Positions 1-8,666 of a stretch of 56,212 nucleotides of DNA are shown piece after piece. The notes below the pieces were generated by a model. The model was given only the letters and a program-made list of their open reading frames with translations. It ran no database searches and was not told the DNA's origin. Location of the stretch: the IMG/VR virus record IMGVR_UViG_3300005805_000109, positions 1-56,212 of that record. One strand, given 5' to 3'. Numbering within the stretch: the first letter of the stretch is position 1; the number at the start of each line of letters is the position of its first letter. This DNA is from a virus (taxonomy: Duplodnaviria > Caudoviricetes). Made by a program: the position numbers and the translations under genes.

Positions 1-2
1 GT

Positions 3-2774
3 ATTAAGAATGTTGTAAAGGTTAGAAGTCCTTATTTTCCAACTGAACTTCTACAAAAGTTTGACCCAGAAAAAACTGTCATTATTTACATGATTGGTGA
101 AAAAGATGCTGGTAGATTATATGGATATAAACGTTTAATGCGGTACAATAAAACAACGGCGGTTCCATACAAAGATATAAACAATCCATACGCTTATTAT
201 GTTTATGCACCGCATGTTTCATTCCAAATTCCAGATTTTGGTGAAATGTCTGGAACAAATATTAGAAAAGCTCTCGGTGATAGAGAGGCGAAATTAGCTC
301 AATTAAAACAACGATTTACTTCTATCATGGGGTGGTTCGATGCCTCAATATTCAATTTGGTTATTTCAAAACTAAACGAACGTCGTGGTAAAATAAAAGA
401 GCACGTCGATGATTGGTTTAGATCACTTTTAAATATGTCAGATATTCAACAAGATATGTTCTTCGATATAATCAAAAAAGAATACGGGGACACAAAAGAT
501 TTGCGTCCAATTATACAAAAGTATATGACTGGGAAAGAATTAACTCCAGACGAAAAGAGAAAGTTTTCAGTACAAATGAAAGACCTGATGAAATTGATTG
601 GTCTCGGTGCAATAGCAGCAATACCAATTCCAGGTACAATGTTATTGATTCCTGTTATTGTTCAACTTGCAAACAAGTTCGGTATAAATTTACTACCTGA
701 AGTCACAGAAACACAGAAATCAGAAGAACTTCCAATTGTAAAACGAGAATTTTGGGATAAAGTATTTGAGGAAGTTGCTAATGAAAATTATGAATTTGTT
801 ATTTGTCAAGAATGTGGGGAAAAAATGAAACAAATTCAGTATAGACATTTAAAATACAAACATAATATGACTTTAAATGAATATATCGAAAAATACCCAG
901 ATTCAATTTTAGTATCCGAATCATCAAAAAACTATGGAATAAAAAATCCAATGAACAAACCTGGCGTCAGAGAAAAACATTTGAAGTCCATGAATGACCC
1001 ATATTTGAAAAAACTATTTTCAGAAAATTCAAAAAATAGAATAGTTACAGATGAAACTAGATTGAAATGTTCTATCAATAATTCTATGAAAGATCCGATT
1101 AATAGAAAAAAAGTATCCGATGCTTTAAAAGAGACGTATTCTACAAATCAAGAATTAATTGAAAAAAGAAGAGAAAATTTTAAACAAATTAGAAATAGCG
1201 ACGAATATAAAAATAGAATGGTAGAACTCGGATATTGGCGAAATGAAAAAGATGTCCCAGAATATGAAAAATACAAAACTGAAGTTAGGATTTTAACGGA
1301 AAATAATTATCGAAAATATTTTTATGAAATACCAAATGCAAAAAAACGTAGTCGAGAATATCACTTGGATCATAAAATTTCAATTAATTTCGGATTCAAT
1401 AACAAAATATCTCCTGAAATAATATCACATCATTCTAATCTTGAGGTTATCCATCATTCTATAAATGAAAGTAAATTTGTAAATAATTCGATAACACCAT
1501 ATGAGTTGTATGAATTGATAAATAATTCATCGAATAAAATAGATGCAAGACAATTATTGACATGTGGTGGAGTTGCAGGACACATGACTCATCCATTCGA
1601 AGATATGGATTTGACATTCGGTGATTTAAAACAAATGATCACAACAGGATTGTCAGGACAAATTACAGTAGAAGGTTCACCAACAGAAAAATTAGATGGA
1701 CAAAATCTATTTGTTACATTTAAACAAGGAAAACTGTATGCTGCCAGAAACAAAACAGACATTAAAAACGGTGGTATGGATTATCATGCGATAAAAACTA
1801 AGTTTTCTGGTCGTGGTGCAATCGAAGAGTCATTTACAAAGGCATTTGAAGACCTAGAATCTGCAATACAATCTTTAACTGACCGTCAACAAAAAAGAAT
1901 ATTCGGTGATGGTTCTATTTGGATGAACTTAGAAATTGTCTATCCAAAAAGTGCAAACGTGATAGATTATGATGGTGCATTTATCGTATTCCACGGTAGT
2001 ACAGAGTATTCGCCGAGTGGTGAAAAAATAGAAGATAGACCAGAGAATGCAAGAATTCTTGGTGGTATGATTAAGCAAGTTAATACAGATACACAGTCAT
2101 CATTTAATATCCGTCAGCCAAAGAAAATAGTTGTTAAAAAGAGTAAAAACTTTGCAAAAAAACGTGGGTATTTCATAAATGAGATAACAAAACTCCAACG
2201 TCAGATGAAGTGTACCGATAACGATACACTCGGAACTTGGCATATCCGTAAATGGAAACAGTTTATTAAGTCCACTGTTTCGGGAATTGGTGGACAAATA
2301 GATAAAATATCAACGGAAGGACTTGCAAAACGATGGGCATTTTTTGATAAAAAATTTGCACTAAATAGTACAAATATCCCTGATACAACTACTTTATCGT
2401 GGGCGAAATCCTTTGATAAATCGGAGTCGGTAGAAAAGATGAAAGAAATTATGAGACCGTTTGAGTTTCTTATTCTTAGATTTGGTGCAGAAGTTCTTAA
2501 AAATGTGATGGATGTCATGTCACTTGATCCATCAAAAACGTCACAAAAGATTAAAAATGACGTAAAGATTGCAATAGACAAATTGACAACATCGAATAAT
2601 CCATATGATATTAAGGTACTGCAAACACAGTTAAAACGAATTGAAGCTGCCGGTGGTATAGAATCAATTGTTCCACTCGAAGGTATTGTATTTAAGTTCG
2701 GCGGAAAGATATATAAGCTAACTGGAGCATTTGCCCCAATCAATCAATTATTGGGTTATTTCAGATACGGTTGA
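3..2774 (+). CDS. Multidomain protein, 5'-truncated by the window edge: cytidyltransferase-like NTase C-terminal half, LETM1-like hydrophobic segment, inserted HNH nuclease, and RNA-ligase-like (DUF6267-like) domain
   Basis: The frame is open from nt 3. GEKDAGRL and SGTNIRKAL resemble HIGH-family NTase motifs. The C-terminal part has ligase motifs EKLDGQN (I), NLEIV (III), FIVFH (IIIa), EGIVFK (IV) and YKL (V). Confidence 0.6.
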   Translation: MKNVVKVRSPYFPTELLQKFDPEKTVIIYMIGEKDAGRLYGYKRLMRYNKTTAVPYKDINNPYAYYVYAPHVSFQIPDFGEMSGTNIRKALGDREAKLAQLKQRFTSIMGWFDASIFNLVISKLNERRGKIKEHVDDWFRSLLNMSDIQQDMFFDIIKKEYGDTKDLRPIIQKYMTGKELTPDEKRKFSVQMKDLMKLIGLGAIAAIPIPGTMLLIPVIVQLANKFGINLLPEVTETQKSEELPIVKREFWDKVFEEVANENYEFVICQECGEKMKQIQYRHLKYKHNMTLNEYIEKYPDSILVSESSKNYGIKNPMNKPGVREKHLKSMNDPYLKKLFSENSKNRIVTDETRLKCSINNSMKDPINRKKVSDALKETYSTNQELIEKRRENFKQIRNSDEYKNRMVELGYWRNEKDVPEYEKYKTEVRILTENNYRKYFYEIPNAKKRSREYHLDHKISINFGFNNKISPEIISHHSNLEVIHHSINESKFVNNSITPYELYELINNSSNKIDARQLLTCGGVAGHMTHPFEDMDLTFGDLKQMITTGLSGQITVEGSPTEKLDGQNLFVTFKQGKLYAARNKTDIKNGGMDYHAIKTKFSGRGAIEESFTKAFEDLESAIQSLTDRQQKRIFGDGSIWMNLEIVYPKSANVIDYDGAFIVFHGSTEYSPSGEKIEDRPENARILGGMIKQVNTDTQSSFNIRQPKKIVVKKSKNFAKKRGYFINEITKLQRQMKCTDNDTLGTWHIRKWKQFIKSTVSGIGGQIDKISTEGLAKRWAFFDKKFALNSTNIPDTTTLSWAKSFDKSESVEKMKEIMRPFEFLILRFGAEVLKNVMDVMSLDPSKTSQKIKNDVKIAIDKLTTSNNPYDIKVLQTQLKRIEAAGGIESIVPLEGIVFKFGGKIYKLTGAFAPINQLLGYFRYG
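780..1545 (+). mobile_element. In-frame HNH homing-endonuclease-like insertion (boundaries approximate)
   Basis: AT-rich block encoding a CQECG...HLKYKH zinc finger, KNPM/NSM linker repeats and the HNH core YHLDHKISI...SNLEVI...NESK. Confidence 0.75.
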
Positions 2775-2813
2775 TATTTATGATAAATGGTTTCATTTTA
2801 ATAATGGTGGTAT

Positions 2814-3455
2814 ATGATAAAAATTGATAATATAAATGATGTCAAAAATCTTGTAAACGGGCAACATGAATCACAACAAAAAATACAAGTCGGGTATGGT
2901 GGAGAAATAAAAGATGAACCAATTAGAAAAGTTGGTGACAAATGGTTCGATGAAGATGGAAATGAATGGGAACAACGAGAAGGGTACAAAATAAAACTAG
3001 GTAAGGAATGGCAACAAGAATTACATCAATATCTTAACACATTTCCAAATTGCCGTAAAGAAGTTTGTACATGTACGATGCCAAAAAATATTGATGAAAA
3101 AATGAAATCAATTCATGGTATGTGTTTAGATTGTGTTGTTTCATTAGAACATAAATTGAGATTGGAAGGTAAATGGGATGAGTATGAACGGGAAAAAATG
3201 AAAAAAAATGCTCTTGCATGGCTTGCCGAAGCAGAAAAAGATAAGAACATGATTGCTGAGGAATTGTCAAAATTAAACTTTGTAAATTCGTTCGGTGATG
3301 TTGAAAAATGGAATTCTGGTACAACAAAAGAAGAAGTTCTTGGTAAGATAGAAGAAGAATTTCAAAAGTTTCGTGAGAACTTCCTATCAAAATTGGAAGT
3401 AATTAACCACGAAAATATAGGAGAAAGAGGTGGACAGGATGAAAATCATACGTGA
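2814..3455 (+). CDS. Conserved phage hypothetical protein with Cys cluster
   Basis: 213-aa ORF with RKVGDKW..DG.EWEQ and C-x4-C...C-x2-C. A TATTTAT motif lies upstream at 2775. Confidence 0.7.
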   Translation: MIKIDNINDVKNLVNGQHESQQKIQVGYGGEIKDEPIRKVGDKWFDEDGNEWEQREGYKIKLGKEWQQELHQYLNTFPNCRKEVCTCTMPKNIDEKMKSIHGMCLDCVVSLEHKLRLEGKWDEYEREKMKKNALAWLAEAEKDKNMIAEELSKLNFVNSFGDVEKWNSGTTKEEVLGKIEEEFQKFRENFLSKLEVINHENIGERGGQDENHT

Positions 3456-3693
3456 AATATTAAGCGGAGTAGGTGGTGGTATATCATCAAAAAGAACGAT
3501 GACATTTCTTGCATTTCTTGCAATGATTGGAATCACTGCTGCAAGCATTTTTATGGGAAAAGAAGTTTCTCAGTTTATTTATGATGGTTTTGTATGGATC
3601 GTTCTGGGAGGACTTTTTTCAGTTGCATCTGAACAGTTCAGTCAAAAAATTTCTGTAAAACCAGAAGAATTACAAAAACAAAATGAGGGTTAA
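3430..3693 (+). CDS. Small two-TM membrane protein, holin-like
   Basis: SSKR is followed by two hydrophobic helices and a charged C-tail. GGAG precedes the GTG start; alternative ATG at 3439. Confidence 0.5.
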   Translation: MDRMKIIREILSGVGGGISSKRTMTFLAFLAMIGITAASIFMGKEVSQFIYDGFVWIVLGGLFSVASEQFSQKISVKPEELQKQNEG

Positions 3694-3695
3694 GT

Positions 3696-4274
3696 ATGCA
3701 ATCGATTATTATCGAGCGGGCTGTACCAACAAATAAAAGTTTGTACAATAGTGTAAAATCAAGAATAAAAAAGAAATACAAAGTTTGGCCTAGTGCATAT
3801 GCCTCTGCTGCTCTTGTGAAAGCATATAAGGCCGCCGGTGGTGGATATAGAACTGTCAAAGAAGAAATACAAGAACCTGAATATCGTTTAGAAGGATATA
3901 AAACCGATTGTAACGGTAATATATCAGAATTGTATTTTGCATTGACTGAGGCATCTTCATATCACTTATTGGGTGAAGCCGAATATCGTGGTCGTAAAGT
4001 ATCTCTCGGTAAACCATTTAGAACCCCAGGTGGCCCAAAGAAATTCTCGGTGTATGTGAAAAAACCAAACGGTAATGTTGTAAAAGTAAACTTCGGTCAT
4101 AAAGGAACAGGTGGACAAAAAACGATGAAAATTAAAAAGTCGAATGCTGCTCGTAGAAAGGCATTTCGTTCAAGACATCGTTGTCACTCTCCTGGACCGA
4201 GACACAAAGCACGTTACTGGTCTTGTAGATTCGGCTGGCCATCGAGTGGTAAGGGCGCCATAGACAAAACGTAA
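3696..4274 (+). CDS. Basic two-domain putative internal head protein
   Basis: N-domain WPSAYAS..LVKAYKAAGG and C-domain AEYRGRKV...FRSRHRC...ARYWSC, joined by a linker with L-x-E sites. Confidence 0.6.
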   Translation: MQSIIIERAVPTNKSLYNSVKSRIKKKYKVWPSAYASAALVKAYKAAGGGYRTVKEEIQEPEYRLEGYKTDCNGNISELYFALTEASSYHLLGEAEYRGRKVSLGKPFRTPGGPKKFSVYVKKPNGNVVKVNFGHKGTGGQKTMKIKKSNAARRKAFRSRHRCHSPGPRHKARYWSCRFGWPSSGKGAIDKT

Positions 4275-4277
4275 TCG

Positions 4278-5933
4278 ATGAATGTTCAGGTACTCAAATC
4301 ATATCTTACACCATACTTCTCATCGAAAAGTGTAAAGGATGTTTCAGAAGCTGCCGATATGTTGGCAAATGCTTATGAATTATCCAACATAGGAGATACC
4401 GCACCTTACTTTGGTGCAAAGTTAATACGAGGCGATAAACAAACACTCAAGACCTTTATCGAACTTGGAATGCGAGTAAATTATAGTTTGTCATCTATTA
4501 GTGACGACGAAGATACCGTAGAACCAGGTTTCACATTAATGGCTCTTGGGTTTTGTCTTTATTGGATAAATTCTACTTTTTCTCCATTACCACCGATGCC
4601 TCCTATGTTTGCACCAACGACTGGCGTACAAGTTTTATTTCCAGGATTACCAAAACCACTCGATAAAGAATTAAAAAAGGCAATTAGGAATAGAAGTAAA
4701 GAATCCGATGCAACTGCGGCAATATCTGAATTTGCAAACGCACTCATTAAACATCAACTAACTGTTGCAGGAATTTACAGCGGACTTTTTTATCCACCTG
4801 GTTCACCAACACCAGTTCCACTAGTATTGCCTTGGGTTTCTATGTTAAGTTTACCAAGTATTTCATTTTCAACTCCAGATATTTTGAAAAATCAAGATTC
4901 TGATGGTGATGGTATTCCAGATTATTTGGATGAAGATGATGATAATGATGGAATATTGGATTCACAAGACGATGATGACGATGGTGATGGAATACCAGAT
5001 AGTGAAGAGAAAAAAATAAATAATGGCACTGGAGGCGGTGGCACTGGAGGTGGAGGTACTGGAGGTGGTGGCACTGGAGGCGGTGGCACTGGAGGCGGTG
5101 GCACTGGTGGCGGCGGCACTGGAGGTGGAGGCACTGGAGGTGGAGGCACCGGTGGCGGTACTGGAGGTGGAGGCACTGGAGGTGGAGGCACTGGAGGTGG
5201 AGGCACTGGTGGTGGTAATCCATATTTCGATCCAGTTACGGGATTCGATAATACACCAGATCCATCAATTGTTACAAAAGTAACAGATTTGCCAAATGGA
5301 GATCCAAGACCAATTGACGAAATATTCGTAGATCAAGATCAGAAGATACAATCATTCTTTGGTGAAATATTAAAAACAAAATTATCAGCCAATCGATTCA
5401 AACCAAATCTGATTATAGATTCTCGTCAAAGAACAAACACAACTGGTGTTACTGGTATTAGGGACAATTACTTACAATTTGTGGTGATATTAAGAGAAAA
5501 CATATACCAAAGTTTTTTTGGGAATGAGTATAAATTTTTGATACAATCACATATTGATAATCTTGGTAGATTCGATTACTACGATCAAATTTTAAAAACT
5601 AGAATATTAGTACCGACGCTTATTAGTGGTGTAAAGTCAAGATCAACCACACCAAATATTATCGAAAGTAATGACTCAATTTTTGCAGGTCCACCGTTTA
5701 ATTTGACTTCACCAAAAGAACGTGGACTTGAATCTATGAGAACGTCATTCGAACAGATGGTCGATGAAATGTTAAATGAGTTTAATAATTATGTTGACAC
5801 ATATCTTGGTGGTAGATTAAAGATAAAATTTCAGAACATCGATTTCTTTTTAACAACTGAACCAAGAGATGATGTTTCTATTCAAGGCGTCGGTACGTTT
5901 ACAAAGATGAATAATTTTGTAGATTTACCATAA
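4278..5933 (+). CDS. Putative structural protein with Pro-rich N-domain, TSP3-like Ca-binding repeats and Gly-rich linker
   Basis: DSDGDGIPDYLDEDDDNDGILD...DGDGIPD (4896-5000) followed by (GTGGG)n. Confidence 0.65.
   Translation: MNVQVLKSYLTPYFSSKSVKDVSEAADMLANAYELSNIGDTAPYFGAKLIRGDKQTLKTFIELGMRVNYSLSSISDDEDTVEPGFTLMALGFCLYWINSTFSPLPPMPPMFAPTTGVQVLFPGLPKPLDKELKKAIRNRSKESDATAAISEFANALIKHQLTVAGIYSGLFYPPGSPTPVPLVLPWVSMLSLPSISFSTPDILKNQDSDGDGIPDYLDEDDDNDGILDSQDDDDDGDGIPDSEEKKINNGTGGGGTGGGGTGGGGTGGGGTGGGGTGGGGTGGGGTGGGGTGGGTGGGGTGGGGTGGGGTGGGNPYFDPVTGFDNTPDPSIVTKVTDLPNGDPRPIDEIFVDQDQKIQSFFGEILKTKLSANRFKPNLIIDSRQRTNTTGVTGIRDNYLQFVVILRENIYQSFFGNEYKFLIQSHIDNLGRFDYYDQILKTRILVPTLISGVKSRSTTPNIIESNDSIFAGPPFNLTSPKERGLESMRTSFEQMVDEMLNEFNNYVDTYLGGRLKIKFQNIDFFLTTEPRDDVSIQGVGTFTKMNNFVDLP
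5025..5216 (+). repeat. 15-bp coding tandem repeat (GGCACTGGAGGTGGA-like), 13 units
   Basis: Twelve GTGGG units plus one GTGG unit, 192 nt, with synonymous variation. Confidence 0.95.
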
Positions 5934-5969
5934 TTTTGTATATTTATATGGGAACATACATAGGATAAT

Positions 5970-6314
5970 ATGAATATTTACAAATCTATTATATTAAACG
6001 AAATTATTACCCAATATATCAGTTATTGTTTGACTGAAGGAAAGAAACCTTCAGGTGGACTTCGTAAATGGTTCCGTGAAAAATGGGTGGATATTTCTCG
6101 AAAAACAAAATCTGGCGGTCACCCTCCATGTGGTGCATCCGCCGGTTCTAAATCGAGAAAAGGTGGTAAACGAGCTTATCCAAAATGTGTACCGGCTGGC
6201 CGTGCATCTAGTATGTCAACCAAACAAAAGAAAAGTGCAGTTACGAGAAAACGAAAAAAAGGAGCAACCAGTCGTGGAAAAGCTAAATTTGTCTCAACTA
6301 ATCCATCGAGGTAA
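5970..6314 (+). CDS. Small basic putative internal head protein (DUF5872-like)
   Basis: GLRKWFREKWVDI...PCG...YPKCVP, with leader ILNE/CLTE and an upstream TATTTAT at 5941. Confidence 0.6.
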   Translation: MNIYKSIILNEIITQYISYCLTEGKKPSGGLRKWFREKWVDISRKTKSGGHPPCGASAGSKSRKGGKRAYPKCVPAGRASSMSTKQKKSAVTRKRKKGATSRGKAKFVSTNPSR

Positions 6315-6660
6315 TATACTTGTAGGGTATATTGGAGGGTGGTCAACAACAAGAACGTTTTGGTTCATAGTCGGCATAATCATAGCCGTCGTTGGATATT
6401 CATTATATGACAATTATCAACGAGAATTATTCATTGCAAAAAATGAACGTATAATTGATTCATTGAACGTAGAGATTTCTGTTAAAAAAAGAGAAAATGA
6501 TGAACTGAATGAAAAAGCTAAACAATTAGACACTGAGTTAGAAGAAGAACGAAACAAAGTAAAAACTGTTATAAATAACTTCCCACAAGAAAAAAGACCT
6601 GAAATAAAGGATTCCGATTCAGCCGTCGGTTTTATCTATAAATTTATGGGGAAAAAATAA
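6274..6660 (+). CDS. Membrane-anchored coiled-coil protein (i-spanin-like); start uncertain
   Basis: TM segment FWFIVGIIIAVVGYSLY then coiled coil. The in-frame GTG at 6274 has AGGAG 9 nt upstream. Confidence 0.5.
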   Translation: MEKLNLSQLIHRGNILVGYIGGWSTTRTFWFIVGIIIAVVGYSLYDNYQRELFIAKNERIIDSLNVEISVKKRENDELNEKAKQLDTELEEERNKVKTVINNFPQEKRPEIKDSDSAVGFIYKFMGKK

Positions 6661-6661
6661 T

Positions 6662-7036
6662 ATGAAGTGGATTTTCTTATTGATGGTATTACCATCTATT
6701 TCTCTATTTGGTCAACAAAAAGATTCTGTGTTTTGTCTTAAAAAGAATGAGGTAATTATTCTTGCAAACAAAATACAAGATATTCAAGATTCACTGAAGT
6801 ATAAATCGAACGTTGTAATTGCACAGAATGGATTAATAACATCACTGGAAAAACGGGTGGATTTATTTGAAGAACAACTAAAAAACAAAGAAGAAACAAT
6901 CACTCTAATTGAAAAACAGAACATTATTTTAAAAGACCAAGTAGAATTATTGAGGCCAAAATGGTATAACGATAACCGACTTTGGTTTGTTGCTGGAATA
7001 TTGACAACTTCATTGATAGTTGTGGGTTCTAAGTGA
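6662..7036 (+). CDS. Secreted coiled-coil protein with C-terminal hydrophobic anchor (spanin-like)
   Basis: Signal peptide MKWIFLLMVLPSISLFG, coiled coil, and C-terminal PKWY..LWFVAGILTTSLIVV. Confidence 0.5.
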   Translation: MKWIFLLMVLPSISLFGQQKDSVFCLKKNEVIILANKIQDIQDSLKYKSNVVIAQNGLITSLEKRVDLFEEQLKNKEETITLIEKQNIILKDQVELLRPKWYNDNRLWFVAGILTTSLIVVGSK

Positions 7037-8616
7037 GTTCAAATATCCGTGATATAATTAAACAGGAGTATGTAAAATGCGCCGCTAATCCGGTATACTT
7101 CATGAAGAAGTATGCCAGGATTCAACACCCCGTTCGTGGTAAAATTCTTTTTGAATTATGGGACTTTCAGGAAGACGTTCTTCGTGATTTACAAAATCAC
7201 CGATATAACATTTGTTTGAAGTCCCGTCAGTTGGGTATTTCAACTCTTATTGCAGGTTATTCACTTTGGTCAATGTTGTTTCAATCAGACCAAAACATTC
7301 TCGTTATTGCTACAAAACAAGAAACTGCGAAGAACCTCGTAACGAAGGTTAGAGTTATGTATGATAATCTTCCATCGTGGTTAAAAACATCGGTGGTTGA
7401 GGACAATAAACTTTCACTTCGTTTGAAAAATGGCTCACAAATAAAGGCGGTATCTGCCGCCGGTGATGCTGGTCGATCGGAAGCGCTCTCACTTCTCATC
7501 ATTGACGAGGCCGCCTTCATCGATGAAATAGAAGAAATTTGGGCGTCGGCCCAATCAACTGTCAGTACAGGTGGTAGTGTTATTTTAAATTCCACTCCAA
7601 ATGGGGTAGGTGGATTTTTTCATAAGCAATGGGTTGGTGCTAAAAATGGAACAAATTTATTTAATCCAATTTTCCTTCATTGGACGGTTCACCCTGAAAG
7701 AGATCAATCTTGGCGAGACCAACAGGACGTTATTCTTGGACCCGCAATGGCAGCCCAAGAATGCGATGGATCATTCTTAGCATCAGGTCAATCTGTTGTT
7801 GATGGTAATACAATTGATTGGTATCAAAAGACATATGTCACGGAACCAAGAGAAAAGAGAGGTGCCGAAGGTGCCTTATGGATATGGGATGACCCAAATC
7901 CAAACAAATCATACATGATATGTGCAGACGTCGCTCGTGGTGATGGTAAGGATTATTCTGCATTTCATGTTATGGACATCGAGAACATCGAACAGGTTGC
8001 AGAATATCAAGGTAAATTAGATACGAAATCATATGGGAATCTTCTTGTATCTCTTGCAACTGAATATAATGATGCCTTACTTGTAGTTGAAAATGCAACA
8101 ATTGGATGGGCTGTTATTCAACAAATAATAGACCGTGGTTATCCAAACCTTTACTACACGTATAAGGAAGACGGTTATACAGACCCGTCGGTACACATAC
8201 CAAAAGGATATGACCTCAAGGATAAATCACAGATGGTTCCCGGTTTCTCTATGACATCAAAAACAAGACCACTCGTGGTATCGAAATATGAGATGTATTT
8301 CAGAGAACGTGCACCAGTTATCAAGTCAAATCGTTTAGCAGAAGAAATGTTCGTATTTATTTGGAACGGCGGCAGAGCTGAAGCTCAAACTGGCTATAAC
8401 GACGACTTAGTAATGTCATTTTCTATGGGATTATGGGTTCGTGATACCGCTTTAAAACTACGCCAAGAAGGTATGATGAAAACTAAACTGGCATTGGAAT
8501 ATATGAAAAAATCAACCACGATTTTTAATACCGCGAATATGTCAAATACTAAAAAGGATGCTGGATGGGAAATGCAAACTGGTGGTAAAAACGAAGATTT
8601 AACGTGGTTACTTTAA
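7033..8616 (+). CDS. terL: Terminase large subunit (T4 gp17-like)
   Basis: Walker A KSRQLGIST, Walker B LLIIDEAA, STPNG, and nuclease motifs ADVARG and DDLVM. Confidence 0.95.
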   Translation: MSSNIRDIIKQEYVKCAANPVYFMKKYARIQHPVRGKILFELWDFQEDVLRDLQNHRYNICLKSRQLGISTLIAGYSLWSMLFQSDQNILVIATKQETAKNLVTKVRVMYDNLPSWLKTSVVEDNKLSLRLKNGSQIKAVSAAGDAGRSEALSLLIIDEAAFIDEIEEIWASAQSTVSTGGSVILNSTPNGVGGFFHKQWVGAKNGTNLFNPIFLHWTVHPERDQSWRDQQDVILGPAMAAQECDGSFLASGQSVVDGNTIDWYQKTYVTEPREKRGAEGALWIWDDPNPNKSYMICADVARGDGKDYSAFHVMDIENIEQVAEYQGKLDTKSYGNLLVSLATEYNDALLVVENATIGWAVIQQIIDRGYPNLYYTYKEDGYTDPSVHIPKGYDLKDKSQMVPGFSMTSKTRPLVVSKYEMYFRERAPVIKSNRLAEEMFVFIWNGGRAEAQTGYNDDLVMSFSMGLWVRDTALKLRQEGMMKTKLALEYMKKSTTIFNTANMSNTKKDAGWEMQTGGKNEDLTWLL

Positions 8617-8666
8617 GATAATCATACTTATATGTATGGAATACATTAATACAAAATAGGTGCATA

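Noticed and set aside
780-1570. Intein or group I intron around the HNH insert
   Set aside because: No Hint motifs, no HN-C/S/T junction and no obvious intron core by eye. Kept as an in-frame insertion pending model searches.
5025-5216. Tandem repeat as a possible CRISPR array
   Set aside because: There are no spacers, and variation is at synonymous positions of a coding repeat. No CRISPR array or cas gene was seen in the window.
4840-5283. Poly-Pro (PPPPV)n, (LQCLH)n and (ALEV)n ORFs
   Set aside because: They are alternative-frame and antisense shadows of the GTGGG coding repeat and have no independent start signals.
6055-6273. Long N-terminal extension of the 6055 ORF as a true overlapping gene
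   Set aside because: It lies wholly within the 5970 gene; GTG 6274 with an AGGAG SD is a simpler start.
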